A DNA stretch of 64,000 nucleotides, from assembly GCF_006345805.1 (NCBI RefSeq), contig NC_042999.1, forward strand, positions 44,640,001-44,704,000. Direction: 5' to 3'. A program made the position numbers and the translations under genes. Under the pieces are notes generated by a model, which was not told the origin of the DNA, ran no database searches, and saw only the letters and a program-made list of their open reading frames with translations. Below, one piece after another: positions 24,081-38,538 of the stretch; position 1 is the stretch's first letter, and the number at the start of each line of letters is the position of its first letter. This stretch comes from Octopus sinensis. Lineage: Eukaryota.

Positions 24081-24726
24081 TCATTTATGATCTATAGGTA
24101 GCTTTCAACCAAGCATAGGGAATATTCCCTATACCGATATACATATATAAATATACTTTCTATATAGGTACCCCTTATCCTCTAATTCTAAAATGGGTAC
24201 CTCATACACTTTAATGTAACCTACATTATTTACTTGTAAAACAGGTACCCACACTCTTTACTTCTAATACAAGCACCACACATTTTCTACATCTAATATG
24301 GGTTTAGCATACTAATATAGAGAGCCTGGACTCTCTACCAGTGGAATATTTGTGCATCATGTTACATGTTCACGCCTAGAGTGGCTGAGCTGTCAGCTGA
24401 AAGGTGGTGGGATATGACTGACAGGTTCATATCCTGTCATTTGTCAACTTTGCTTTGACTCTGTGGTCAAGTTAACTTTCAAGCAGCCAGCTTATCAGCA
24501 CTGTCCTGTCTCTTCTTGTTATTGTCATCGTTGTTCGGCAGTTGTCATATCATCATCATTCTTGTCCCCCCTCCCCCCACAACAACAACAACAATGGCAT
24601 CATCATTAGTCTTTATCATCATCATCATTACTATCATCATCATCATAAACTACACCACCACCACCACCACCATCATTATAATCATCGTCATCGGTATCAT
24701 CATCATCATCATCACCATCATCATCA

Positions 24727-24761
<35 letters not shown>

Positions 24762-25739
24762 GTACTATGATATTAACTATGTTTTGTGGGATTTTAAGAT
24801 AATATATTCAGTACCAACTGGGAAAAGTTAACTGGAAATAGGCCAGCATCTCATCCAGAGAGAGAGAGAGGGGGAAGAGAGAGAGGGGCGAGAGAGAGAG
24901 GGAGAGAGAGAGAGATTTGTTTCATATCCTTTTGGAAACACAAAAAAATGGAGAAGAGCGTCAGCCTAGTTCACCATGAAGATCCATGAAATTACATCTA
25001 CGAACTATAAATATATCTCCTTGCTAGCATATTCCTCTCACCTTCATTAGCCAATCAATAAATTGCTCTGATGTGCAGTCTGTTCCTTAATGCTGTTGTT
25101 CTTTTTTAGTTTCATGGTACTAAAAAGTTTTATCATTTAATTCAGCACATTATATTTAAGATATTTAGTTATTTTTTTTTTTCTTCTTTACAACTCTGAA
25201 AGATTACGAAATGTTTAAAACCGAATCATAATGCTTAAATTAAAGCGATGGCAATATTTATTAAAATATCGTTAATCTCAGTAATGTGGCTTATCAAGTA
25301 TTGTTGCTAACCACAGTAATTTTAAAGAAAATGTGTTTACTTTTTACGTTAATGGGCATGAGATTAAAATTTTGTATATAGAGCATTTTCCCATACAATA
25401 TTTTGACACGTAAACATTAGTCTCAATCTTACAAGGCCTGACATGTTGCGTAACCACGAAGGTGAAATAACGCTGTAGAGAAATCAACTCTATGTGAGAT
25501 GTCATTTCTTGTGATTAATATCTTCATTAATGAAAACCAGCGTAATTCAAATATCTTAAGTATTTATTTTTTTATTTCTTTTTTTAAAAATTTTATATCA
25601 CAATTTGTGAACAATACAATTGTTGGTTAAAGGTTTCCAGCAGGTGAATCACTGGTTTGCTGCTTTTCTAATTGCATGAAACACAAGGGAGCATCTAACC
25701 CTAATTAATACAAGAGACTTCTCTGTGCTCGGAATAATA

Positions 25740-26150
25740 TATTAGTAGATAGAATGCCACAGTACATCTTGGGAATTTAGAGGGTGGTTAACTCCTCCAA
25801 TGATGAACAGGAGGGAGAGGCTGGCTGCATGACCTTGCAAAGATCTCAAAGGGAATGTTGCCCACCTAGGTGGCTGGATAATTCTGAAACAGAATAGAGA
25901 AGCAGTGATCTTTGGATCAAGAAGAAGGGACATGTGGAGGAATGAAGTGGGTGATGAGGACAAGGGACCATAAGTGAGGGGAAGTGATGTCAGGTTAAGA
26001 AGCAGCATGTTCAAATGGCCTCTTTTTTTCTTTTTGATGCATCTTGTTGGATAGACGTGTTTTTAGGGAACAATTTTAGGGGAGTAGTCTTTCTGGCTAG
26101 AAGCTTGGGTAGAGGACAGATGAGGGTGCAACTGTTAAGTTTTGCTGGTT
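25740..26150 (-). mobile_element. Possible ancient LINE endonuclease remnant
   Basis: The minus strand has an LGSKDHCFSI-like segment resembling the APE 'LGSSDH' motif; heavily degraded. Confidence 0.3.
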
Positions 26151-26204
26151 CCTATGACCCAACATTTGAATTTATTGCTGCTGATTGCATATTGAGGTAA
26201 GAGA

Positions 26205-26309
26205 GAGCAACCTTGTGAGTTGATTTGGCAAATGGAAGCTGAAAGAAGCCCATTGTATATATGTATATATATGTGTGTATATATGTTTGTGTATATATAT
26301 GTATGTATT

Positions 26310-26359
<50 letters not shown>

Positions 26360-26560
26360 TCCCACTGCCATTGCTTGACAACCGATGCTGGTGTATTTAT
26401 GTCCCTGTAACCAAGCGGTTTGGCCAAAGAGACTGATAGAATAAGTACTAGGCTTACAAAGAATTAAGTCCTGGGGTTGATTTGTTTGACTAAAACTCAT
26501 TATGGTGGTGCTCCAGTATGGCTGCAGTCAAATGACTGAAACAAGTAAAAGAGTAAAAGA
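26205..26560 (+). mobile_element. Major CORE-like SINE, 5'-truncated copy
   Basis: Diagnostic blocks CCTTGTGAG..GAAAGAAGCCC, GCTTGACAACCGATGCTGGTG, GATAGAATAAGTACTAGGCTTAC and TGACTGAAACAAGTAAAAGAG. Confidence 0.85.
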
Positions 26561-27318
26561 ACAGCTTAAGAGTACAATGCTTTTAGACTGACACTGTACT
26601 GTTTCTTTTACCCCACTGACTTTTACAGATGTTAATAGAACTAACATTGGTCATTAATCAAAAAAATCTGTCAATTTTCGCAATTATACTTCCTGTCAAT
26701 TATTACAGAAGAATTTCACACAGCTGTTGAGGAATTAATGTTTTTACAAGTTAGTTAAAAATTCAGTTGATTGTAAATGATTATTTAGACTAATCAACTA
26801 TAAGTATATAATGTAGATGACATCAGTTTTATTTTTAATCTTCTCTATAATTATAAGCTATTGTTAATTTTTACATTGTCTACACTCTGTTAGGATTTTT
26901 AATACAGTAACTACCTGTCACCTGGTGCAACGATTATCTCATATTGGTTTCAAATTTTGGCATAAGGCCAGCAAGTTCAGAGGAGGAGTTAAATTGATTA
27001 TATTGACCCTAGTGGAGGAGTGTGGCTTAGTGGTTAGGATGTCAGCATCATGATCTTAAGATTGTGGTTTCGATTCCTGGACCGGGCGACATGTTGTGTT
27101 CTTGAGCAAAACACTTCATTTCACGTTGCATGACACCTTGGGCAAGTGTCTTCTACTATACCCTCAGGCCAACCAAAGCCTTGTGAGTTGATTTGGCAAA
27201 TGGAAGCTGAAAGAAGCCCATTGTATATATGTATATATATGTGTGTATATATGTTTGTGTATATATATGTATGTATTTATGTTCAGAGGAGGAGTTAAAT
27301 TGATTATATCGATCCCAG

Positions 27319-27580
27319 TGGAGGTGCGTAGTTTAGTGGTTAGGATGTCAGCATCATGATCGTAAGATTGTGGTTTCGATTCCTGGACCGGGCAACATGT
27401 TGTGTTCTTGAGCAAAACACTTCATTTCACATTGCTCCAGTCCACTCAGCTGGCAAAAATGAGTAACACTATGATGGACTGGCGTCCTGTCCAGCTGGGA
27501 AACACAAACACCACAGAAACTGGGAAACCGGGCCCATGAGCCTGGCTAGGCTTTAAAAGGGTGCATTTATTATTATTATT
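27319..27580 (+). mobile_element. tRNA-derived SINE (5' part duplicated at ~27013-27135)
   Basis: A-box-like TAGTTTAGTGG, B-box GGTTTCGATTCC, central GTGTTCTTGAGCAAAACACTT..TTGCTCCAGTCCACTCAGCTG, (TTA)n tail. Confidence 0.85.
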
Positions 27581-27774
27581 ATATCGACCCCAGTACTTAT
27601 TTTATCGACTTTGAAAAGGATGAAAGGCAAAGTTGACCTTGGTGGAATTTGAACTGAGAATGCGTGGCACCTTGGGCAAGTGTCTTTTACTATAGCCTCG
27701 GGCCGATCAAAACCTTGTGAGTGGATTTGGTAGACAGAAACTGAAAGAAGCCCATTGTATATATGTATATGTTG

Positions 27775-28105
27775 CTAGCCTCGCCTGGCCCCCGTGCCGG
27801 TTGCATGTAAAAGCACCATCCGTTCGTGGCCGTTGCCAGCCTCGCCTGGCCTCTGTGCTGGTGGCACGTAAAAAGCACCATCCGCCCATGGCCGTTTGCC
27901 AGCTCCGTCTGGCACCTGTGCGGGTGGCATGTAAAAAGCACCCACTACACTTAGGGAGTGGTTGGCGTTAGGAAGGGCATCCAGCCATAGAAACACTGCC
28001 AGATCAGACTGGGCCGGAAGCAGCCTTCTGGCTTCACAGACCCCAGTTGAACTGTCCAACCCATGCTAGCATGGAAAGCGGACGCTAAATGGTGATGATG
28101 ATGAT
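27775..28105 (+). mobile_element. RTE 3' UTR copy (~3 repeat units plus tail)
   Basis: Same units and terminal block as 18504-19286. Confidence 0.85.
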
Positions 28106-28194
28106 GTATATATATATATGTGTGCGTGTTTATGTGTCTGTGTTTGTCCCCCCCAGCATCGCTTGACAACCGATGCTGGTGTGTTTATATATAT

Positions 28195-28458
28195 TGTTGT
28201 GTGAAAGTACAACACTCCCTGGTGTGAATGGACTGGACCACTACAGAAGTTTCAATAAAATCATCATTGTGCTAGTTCCACAGTTCGTATGTTGATAGTT
28301 CAAAGTTTACGGTTCGAGTTAGTGTGTTGGATTGTTGGTTCTTAAAAGATTGATGTTATGTTCCATGTAGTTACTGCCGTTTGTTTTGATTATACTGTTA
28401 TTACACTGTTGCAGTGTATTCGTTTATCTATAAGGATATAACATCTAGTGATGAGGAT
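28195..28458 (+). mobile_element. Candidate 5' LTR plus primer-binding site of a Ty3/Gypsy element
   Basis: TGTTGTGT...ATATAACA (28195-28443, TGT..ACA termini), immediately followed by TCTAGTGATGAGGAT, a decayed TGGCGACGAG-type PBS, upstream of gag. Confidence 0.55.
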
Positions 28459-28596
28459 CGTTTGAAGCTCACATTGGTTACTCTTTTACTCTTTTACTTG
28501 TTTCAGTCATTTGACTGCGGCCATGCTGGAGCACCAACTTTAGTCAAGCAAATCGACCTCAGGACTTATTCTTTGTAAGCCTAGTACTTATTCTAT

Positions 28597-30360
<1,764 letters not shown>

Positions 30361-31531
30361 AAATGTGGATGTTAGGAGATGAAAATAGATGAAGACGGAG
30401 ACGATGATGATGACTGGAACAATGATGAGGATGATGATAGTGCTGACTATGATGATGATGATGTTGATGGTGACAATGATGATGCTAACAATGATGATGA
30501 TGATGATGATGACAATGAGTAGGATGGGAAATATCAAGATATAGAAAGTGACCATACTTATAATTATCAATTATAACGAATTTTAGTTAATTAATACTGA
30601 GGATTTTCTAAATGCCAAAGTTTTCTAGTGGAAGCTGGTGATATTGTGAAAGAAAAGTAAAGGAAGCTATAATTGTAAAACATAATAATGGATCTGAAAG
30701 AAGAAAACGAAGGAATCTAAGACAGGAATCTATAACTAGAAATTAAGCAGGCAGACATGTAGCTACTTGTATATGTAGTATGATTAAAAATTAGAGAAGT
30801 AAATAAGAATTTGGTAAATTTTGTTGTGTTTCGAGAGGGTCATTACACCAATATTAAACACATGCACTGGTTGAATTTCACTTCTTTATTGTAAGACAAC
30901 TGGTTAGTTATTTAAATAACTAAGTAATCGATTCTTTGCTTAATCATTCTGTTAAACAAGCAATCAGATATTTGCCATTCAAAACCTCATCAATGACTCA
31001 CCCTCTCTCCTTCACATCTGCTACAAATCTGAAAGGATTTTAACTAAGAACTGATTAATTGATTAACCAACTGATTAAGGAAGCGATTGATTAGTTAGTT
31101 GGTTGAATAACTAACCAATGGACTGATAATAAATAACTTAAACTGAACCAGTGGGTGTGTTAATTGTTGGCATGATGACCCTCCCAAGACAGAACAAATT
31201 TTGTTTCAGCTCATGAGTTCACATCAAGAAACTTCCAAACCAAAAAAAAAAAGAAACAAAAACAAATAAACTAACCAAAAAACAAAAAAAGAAATAAAGA
31301 AAAGATCAAACAAACAAATTTGGTAAATGTTTGGTAGCGCTGAGATGGAAAACAAAGCATTTAGAAGTGTGAAACAATTGTTAGAACAGTCTATGGAGTT
31401 TGTAGAGAAGATAAGTTTTTGATATGTAAGGGATGTACTAAACGACCTGTGGTAATGGAGAGAAATTAGCTCATGAGTGATGTACAGAAACTGAGATATA
31501 TATATATATAGATAGATAGATAAATAGATAG

Positions 31532-31597
<66 letters not shown>

Positions 31598-33403
31598 GGA
31601 GAGAGGGAGACAGAGAAAGCGAGAAAGAGAGAGAGGGGGGGGGCTGGTGAATCTTCAGCAAGACAGAATTGAATTCTGAACTGTAATAAAATAATAAGAA
31701 ACAAATGGTGCACTTTTTGCAACACTTGTGTATGAATTTATTTATGGTGGTTAATTTGATCTTAGGTCTTGGTAGTTTGTGTATTTGTGCATGTGTGCAT
31801 ATGTGTGTGTTTGTGTGTATATGTGTATGTATGCAGATGAGTGTGCAGCTCAGAAACCAGTATAGAAGTGATTCTATAGAAACTGTGAGAGGGAAGAGAG
31901 ACAGAAGGAGAGAGAGGGAGGGAAGGAGAGAGAGGGAGGGAAGGAGAGAGAGAGAGAGAGAGAGTCTATTTTTGGTCACTGGCCTTCCTCCTGTCTGAAA
32001 CGGTTAAAGGTTTTCTTTAGAGAATACCTTTTATTGTTGCTTGAAGAAGGTAATAGAGGTTTCAAGTAGCCTGCAAAAAAAATTAACGAATGCAGGCTTC
32101 TCATTAAAACCAATCACTTTGACAACCTGTAATTATATTTAGAATTAGGAAGAGCAATTAGTGATTAAGCCCTCACCTCTCCTAACCACCCCCATCCCCG
32201 CTATCATTTCAGTTACTCAATGTTATCGAACTAACCAGCTGTATTGACTGGTCCATTTAACATGATCTAGTATGACTTTTCAATGACCATTTTTCTTGAA
32301 TCATTCCTGTCATTAAATGTTCTAAAGACAGCCTTGTTTCACATACATTTCCATCATTTCTGCAATCAATAATCTTCTTTCATCATTATATTCAGTGTAA
32401 TTATCCAATTGCCCCCTTCTACTGCTATTATCATTTATTTATTTAAAAAAATTTTTTATTTTTATTTTTATCAGACAACCATTTTCTTAATAGCATTTAC
32501 CAAGCAATCGTCATCCCAATAATGTATACAGCAAGAAACAAGAACAGTGGACTATCAGAATTCTAAATCCTTCATCGATCAACTAATTATTAATTCTAAC
32601 AAAGTTTATTTGTTTGAAGTCCATTTTTAAGGTTCCTTTTAGTTATAGTTTTCCTTTTATATCATCAGACAGACTGCACTAGAAAGGAAAGGTTAAGTTG
32701 AAACATTTATGTTATTGAGTGAATATAAGATGAACAGTTTTTTCTTGGAACATGTTAACTTTGATAATAGCAGCTCTTTAATTTAATGCTGTATTCAGTT
32801 TAATCAGTACGGCTGCTTTTCTTTGAAGAAGTGATGGAAGTTGTGGACTAGATTATTCAGTTATGACTGCAAATAGACAGAGCATCTTTTTCAAGCTAAG
32901 CATTTAATCAGTCATCTAGAAAAAAATAATTAATTATTGTTTTCTTGAATAATCAGTATCATCAACTTATTTTTGGTATAATTAAATTTACAGTCACGGA
33001 AAACTTTATTCCACAAGAGTTGTCACAAATGACAATGATATTACTGCAAAGCCAGCTTGAACTGTTATTAGCCAGTGGCTGGGTCTTTGATTTCACTTGA
33101 AAGAATCAGAATATAGCATTATAAGTGAAAGATGTCGACAGTCTAAACCAGAGAAGAAGATACAAAGAGTGAGTTACTTGAAAAAGCTCAACCAAGAAGA
33201 GAAACCTTATGGCAAACATGAATTTCTGAGGCTTTATTACTGGTGTACTGTTCAGGGCATTTGAACAATAATGTTCAAATCAATCTACATGGGTTAGTCA
33301 GTGCAGATGAATTATAGGTTGCATTTTGACTTCATGGTTTTGTGATAAGTAAAAGAAAAAGAAATTGATTCAGTAATATAGAGCAGCAGCTTTTTCTTTT
33401 TAC

Positions 33404-33512
33404 TTGCTAGGTTTGGAGAAAGAGGCAGTGCCCATGGCCTTCACAAGTCTTTTGAGATCAGTGAGCTGGTTGCTATGAATGTTCTGCTTAAATTGTTGCA
33501 AATTGCCAACAA
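33404..33512 (-). CDS. Candidate 109-nt host coding exon (VGNLQQFKQNIHSNQLTDLKRLVKAMGTASFSKPS), product unknown
   Basis: Strong acceptor (T)13CTCCTTTTCAATTTACAG| and donor CAA|GTAAAA. Only one frame is open (phase 1 in, phase 2 out). Non-repetitive context. Confidence 0.45.
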
Positions 33513-33742
33513 CTGTAAATTGAAAAGGAGAAAAAAAAAAAAAAGGAGAGATTTCAAGGGGATGACATTCCAGGGAGGAAGGACTGGATGATTGGGTGTA
33601 GGGGTTAGTGCTGGGTCTGGGTGGGGTTAGACACACTATTGGTGATAGGAGGAGGAAAATGGGTGGTTTGGAAGTGCTGAATGGAGGTGGTAGGATAGCT
33701 GGTTTGAAGAGTAGAAGGCATTGTTATAGGGATAAAAAAGGC

Positions 33743-33825
<83 letters not shown>

Positions 33826-34019
33826 AGAGTGGGAGTTGGCAGGTCTGGGCTAGAGGTTAAAGCATTTCTGTGAGTAACTTTATGCCAATAAATTTTATGG
33901 CCTTTCTCTGGATGCAACTTAGAATGTGTGTATGTGTGTGTGTGGCAGCAGTACCACCTAAATATAGGAGCATTATTCCACTGTGATCTCACTTGAGCTT
34001 AGTAAAGGGTTATTAACTG

Positions 34020-34730
34020 TTGGGAGCTGAATATCTTATGGTTCTGAAGAAAAGGATCATTCTTATTTGTTACACAGACGTTGCACATCCACTGAAGCAT
34101 ACTGATCTCATTTCTTTCAAGTATTTGCATGTCCTCTGCATTCACAGTCTAAGTTCCACAGCCATGTAACATTGCTGTCTTTACACAGGTGTCATACAGT
34201 TTACCTTTCATTCTGAGAAAGAGGTCTTTTGTTACCAACTACAGAAAAGTTCTCTAAGCTTCCTCCAGCCAATTTGTATTTTAGCAACTATACTTTCAGA
34301 GCATTCTCTTCCACTACTAATGAGGTCACTTAAATAATAGAAACTACCTTCTACTTCTAGGGAAGCTCCTGGGCATTTCAGAGCTTCTATTTTCTATGTG
34401 TTCTTACTATTTATTGCTCTTGCACATCAGTTACAAAGAAATTCTACTGTCCCTGTTAACATTCCTCTGATTCCACTGCACTACTCATGTGTCCATAGTT
34501 TGCTCTGAGAATACCTTATAGAATTTTTACTAATACCTTGCCTTACGTATGGAACAAGGCCATTTACCCAAAGGGATTTGTGTTCTCTTTGTTCTCCTGC
34601 TAAATCGAACTACAGTCTTTGCTAAGTTAACTTTCTCTTTGATTCTGGGTTTTATTTCAATACTTGGAATTTTAATTCTAATTCTTCTACACTTTATATA
34701 TTCGTGGCAGTCTTCCAACTTTTCTGTCTA
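34020..34730 (-). mobile_element. Degenerate RTE RT fragment, same family as 16843-18456
   Basis: KVNLAKTVVRFSRRTKRTQIPLGKWPCSIRK matches RVNLAKTKVVISRKVDKSQTPSGRWPCSICRK; a YYLSDLISSG segment matches RYLGDQVSSG. Confidence 0.75.
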
Positions 34731-36019
34731 CTAAATTCACTAATTCTCTCACAGGCCATTGGTTCACCTGGGGCTATGAAGTAGGACTGAGCCTAAAACC
34801 AAATGGTTGCCAAGCAAAGCTTCTTAACCACACAGCCAATGTTATACAAACATTACCAATACACTGTATTTGCACATACATAACTGTTTTCATACACATT
34901 TTTATACAGACACAGTCAGATACATACACACACACACAACTGTTCACAAATATGTATTTACATTCAAGTACATAACTATAGATACAATCGAACATACTTT
35001 GTGGAAAGTGGTTTTTCCCACACAGACACAATCATGACAAGTTATTGTTTAAACCATTTATTCATAGACAATTTCGGTGAACACTTGAGTTCTGGCAATA
35101 TTTGAGCATCTGAATTGCATTCATATTAACTTTTTCATATTCACATGATGAATTGTATTTGACTTCATACATTTTTTTCTAATTCCATTCTTACTGTTGA
35201 TATTTTCCTTATCATTTGTGGCACTGTGTTTTATTGAACATTTTAACTGCACATATTTTTGTTATATAACGTACCTTTGTATAACTTTACTTACGTTCAC
35301 TATCTGTCATCCATTGTGTTCAGCTTGCTTTTATTTGAAAGAATAAATTGACCATGTTGATCTACATCAGAATTTTTCTGACTTACTACCTCGCATTCCT
35401 GATGACGTGACACATCTCCGGTCAATGATATCTCTTTTTTTGGCCTTTCATGATGTGATCTTTTCTTTTTTAGTCTTCATTCTGAATATAATTGCAGTAG
35501 GTTTCAACCTCTACTCTATTTTAGAGCCATAAGAATTCATAAGTTCAGTTTATGAAGCATTAAGTAGAGGTCTAAATCCACATTGATGTATTCCTGAGAT
35601 CTAAGCAATATCTACCAGACACTTGAAACCAGTAGAGCAGGTTTGAAAGACTTTTGCACCACCCTCTCTTATCAGCTACTTCCACATGATTCCTGTGTAT
35701 GTCACTAATGTAAGTTGCCCACTTACATTGCTGAGGGAGATTTTCCTGGAAAGCTTTGAGGTATCTGAAGATATCTGACCTTGCAATGTCTACAAGTGCA
35801 TAAATGGCCACCAGTCTGAAAGAACTTCTACCTCAACTGCTGGTACTACTGACTCTAGAAAGATTGTGTATGTCTCTTCGTCTATGTCATTTTAGAATAG
35901 TCTGCCATGCCAGTTAATCCAGACTGGCTGTAAAATATGTTGACCTTGTACTTGAACAGTATGGGAGCAAGCAAGTTTCACAAAACCTGGTCTTGCTGGT
36001 CGCCAGAAACCTGGAATAT

Positions 36020-36460
36020 ATATATATTATCCTTTACTTGTTTCAGTCATTGGATTGTAGCTATGCTGTAGCACCACTATAAAGGGTTTTTAGTCGATCA
36101 AATCAGCCTCACTGCTTATTTTTTAAATCTGATTCTTATTCTATCAGTCTCTTTTGCCAAAACTGCTTAGTTATTGGGATGCAAACAAACCAATACTGGT
36201 TCTCAAACGATGTGGGGAGGGACAAACACAGACACAAACACACATGCATATACACAAAATACCACACAATCATTTATACATACACACACCCATATTATTT
36301 ATATATGATGAGCGTCCACACAATTTCCATTAACCAAATTCACTCACAGGGCATTTGGTCAGCCCCAGGGCTATAGTAGAAAACTCTTGCACAAGATATT
36401 GCACAGTGGAATTGAAACTGAAGCCAAGTGGTCGCAAAGCAAGCTTCTTAAACCACTCAA
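36020..36460 (-). mobile_element. Major CORE-like SINE copy
   Basis: Reverse-complement match to the family blocks. Confidence 0.7.
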
Positions 36461-37004
36461 CCATGCTTCAAATTTTGAATATATAGAAATCAATAAGCGT
36501 CATTCATTGGAGAAAGTTTCAGCTAATGATCCATAACTTAAATTAGTGCAGAATAAAATATTTGGCACAAAAATAGCTTGCCTTTTTTTAGGTAGAATAA
36601 TGGAGAATTGGATTGCCCTGTTAATCCACTGATATTAAGTCTGTTAATTGTTTAAAAGGAAAAGGTAATTGAAGAATGCTTAAATTTGCAAATCAAGTTT
36701 AGGAATCTCAGAAGTGAAAGTGAAGCACTGCAAATCTTTCCCTGCATTTTAACTGATTCAAAGGAAAGCTTGGATATTCAGCTCCACAAGAGGAATTTTT
36801 CTCTCCATATAATATGCTATTTTCTACAAGCAGTTACACTTTTGCACTGCACAGGCCACAACATTAAGTTAACACTAGCAATAATTTTATTTAGAAAACA
36901 GCAAAAAACTGAATTCAGATTATGGTGATGATTATTATCATTGAATACTTGCTGATGGTAATGTCTGGTTTAAAGAAATTTATACTTAATATATATTTTA
37001 GGTG

Positions 37005-37190
37005 CAGGCATGGCTGTATGTAAAGGCACAGGTGGTGCTATGTGGTAAGAAGCTAACTTCCCAACCATATGGTTCTGGGTTCAGTCCCACTGCATGGCAC
37101 CTTGAGCAACTGCCTTCTACTAAAGCCTCGGGCTGACCAAAGCCTTGCAAGTGGAGTTAGATGGAAACTGAAAGAGGACTGTCATATATA
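37005..37190 (+). mobile_element. Major CORE-like SINE, 5' half
   Basis: GCAGGCATGGCTG..GGTTCTGGGTTCAGTCCCACTGCATGGCACCTTGAGCAA..GAAACTGAAAG. Confidence 0.75.
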
Positions 37191-37211
37191 TATATAATTA
37201 TATATATATGT

Positions 37212-37460
37212 ATAGAATGGTTGTATACTGTCAATCTAACATGAATGTGATAGTAAGGGATTACACCACCGCTGTTTAGCCCTAGGAAGCATCGACGCTT
37301 CCTGATGGCTTTGACACATTTTGTTTCCTGTGCCCTTATATATTTACGAAGGGGAGACAAACACCCCCAGCAGCCAGGCCTGCTTCCTAGGGCTAAACAG
37401 CAGTGGTGTAATCCCCTACTGTCACGTTCACGTTAGATTGACAGTATACAACCATTCTAT
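37212..37460. mobile_element. MITE-like hairpin element with 79-bp TIRs
   Basis: 37212-37290 is the reverse complement of 37382-37460 (ATAGAATGGTTGTATACTGTCAATCTAAC...CCCTAGGAAGC). Confidence 0.8.
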
Positions 37461-37523
37461 CGCCCCACCACCGTACATATCTCTATGAGATATTTAGAAA
37501 TTTAATATTTCTGATATATAAAT

Positions 37524-37930
37524 ATAATATAAATAATATATAAATATATGCATATATACATACATGTATGTACATACCTACATATGTATGTATATATACA
37601 TGCATATATGGGTACAGGACATCAAAAAAATGTTGAACACAATGAGAAACGAAAACAAAAACAAAAACATAGAAACAAACTTTTTTTTTAAACAACGAAA
37701 AAAACAGAGAAACAAGAAATACAACACAAGGAATATTCCCCTTCTTCAGTTGTCCCTGTTTCATCTACTACGTTCGTTTCAATGTTTTTGTTTTTATGTT
37801 TTTGTTTTTCATTGTGTTCAACGTTTTTTTGATGTCCTGTACCCATATTTGCATGTATATATACATATATATGTAGGTATGTACATATATGTATGTATAT
37901 ATGCATATATTTATATATTATTTATATTAT
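37524..37930. repeat. Inverted repeat with ~155-bp arms and a ~95-bp spacer
   Basis: ATATGGGTACAGGACATCAAAAAAATGTTGAACACAATGA.. versus ..TCATTGTGTTCAACGTTTTTTTGATGTCCTGTACCCATAT; the arms also include the microsatellite flanks. Confidence 0.85.
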
Positions 37931-37967
37931 TATACGATTGAACACCATGCATCCTTTCCAAGTAAAT

Positions 37968-38013
<46 letters not shown>

Positions 38014-38538
38014 TTTGTGTCTGTGTTTGTTCTCCTGCCACTACTTGATGACTAGTTCTGGTGTGCTTACGTCCCTGTAACTTAGCAGTTTGGTGAAAGA
38101 GACTGACAGAATAAGTGCCAAGCTTCAAAAAAAAAAAAACACACACAAAAGGTGCTGGTACCGATACATTTGACTAATGACTGAAACAAGTAAAAGAAAA
38201 AGAAAAATATAAAAGATAAGATAATTTACTTTTTGCTAAAGAGGTCTAATTAGATTAAAACAGGCAAGGAGTTATTTCTCATGCTTGCTGAAAGAATCAA
38301 AATAATATTAGTCAGTTACTACTAATATTGGTTTCCACTCACTTCAGAATATTTTGTAGTCAGCTTTCTGGTATTCCTTGTAGCAAATATATCAACACTA
38401 ACTTTCCTATTCATATATCTATCCCCTTTCTGATTGTATAGATATTTCTAGTCGAAGTTTTAATTTTGCCCATATTAAATATATTAATACTATCTATCTG
38501 TATATCTGTCTGTCTTTCTGACCATATAATTATTTGTA

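Larger units (their letters stand above)
22540..24330. repeat. Old degenerate minisatellite (CTAATATAGGTACCC motif) broken by younger insertions
   Basis: Recurrent TAATATAGGTACCC variants at 22540-23250 and 24100-24330, interrupted by a SINE piece (~22905-23070), an RTE tail and a SINE. Confidence 0.6.

Noticed and set aside
32028-32070. 43-nt minus-strand exon-like segment (TTTTTTTGCAG| ... AAG|GTATTC)
   Set aside because: Splice signals look good, but joining it to the 33404-33512 exon gives an in-frame stop, and the segment is too short to support alone. Kept only as a note.
37735-37785. Minus-strand CTGAAGA with nearby GAAAC as a hammerhead
   Set aside because: GAAA lies only ~9 nt 5' of the core and none follows the hairpin, so no valid topology.
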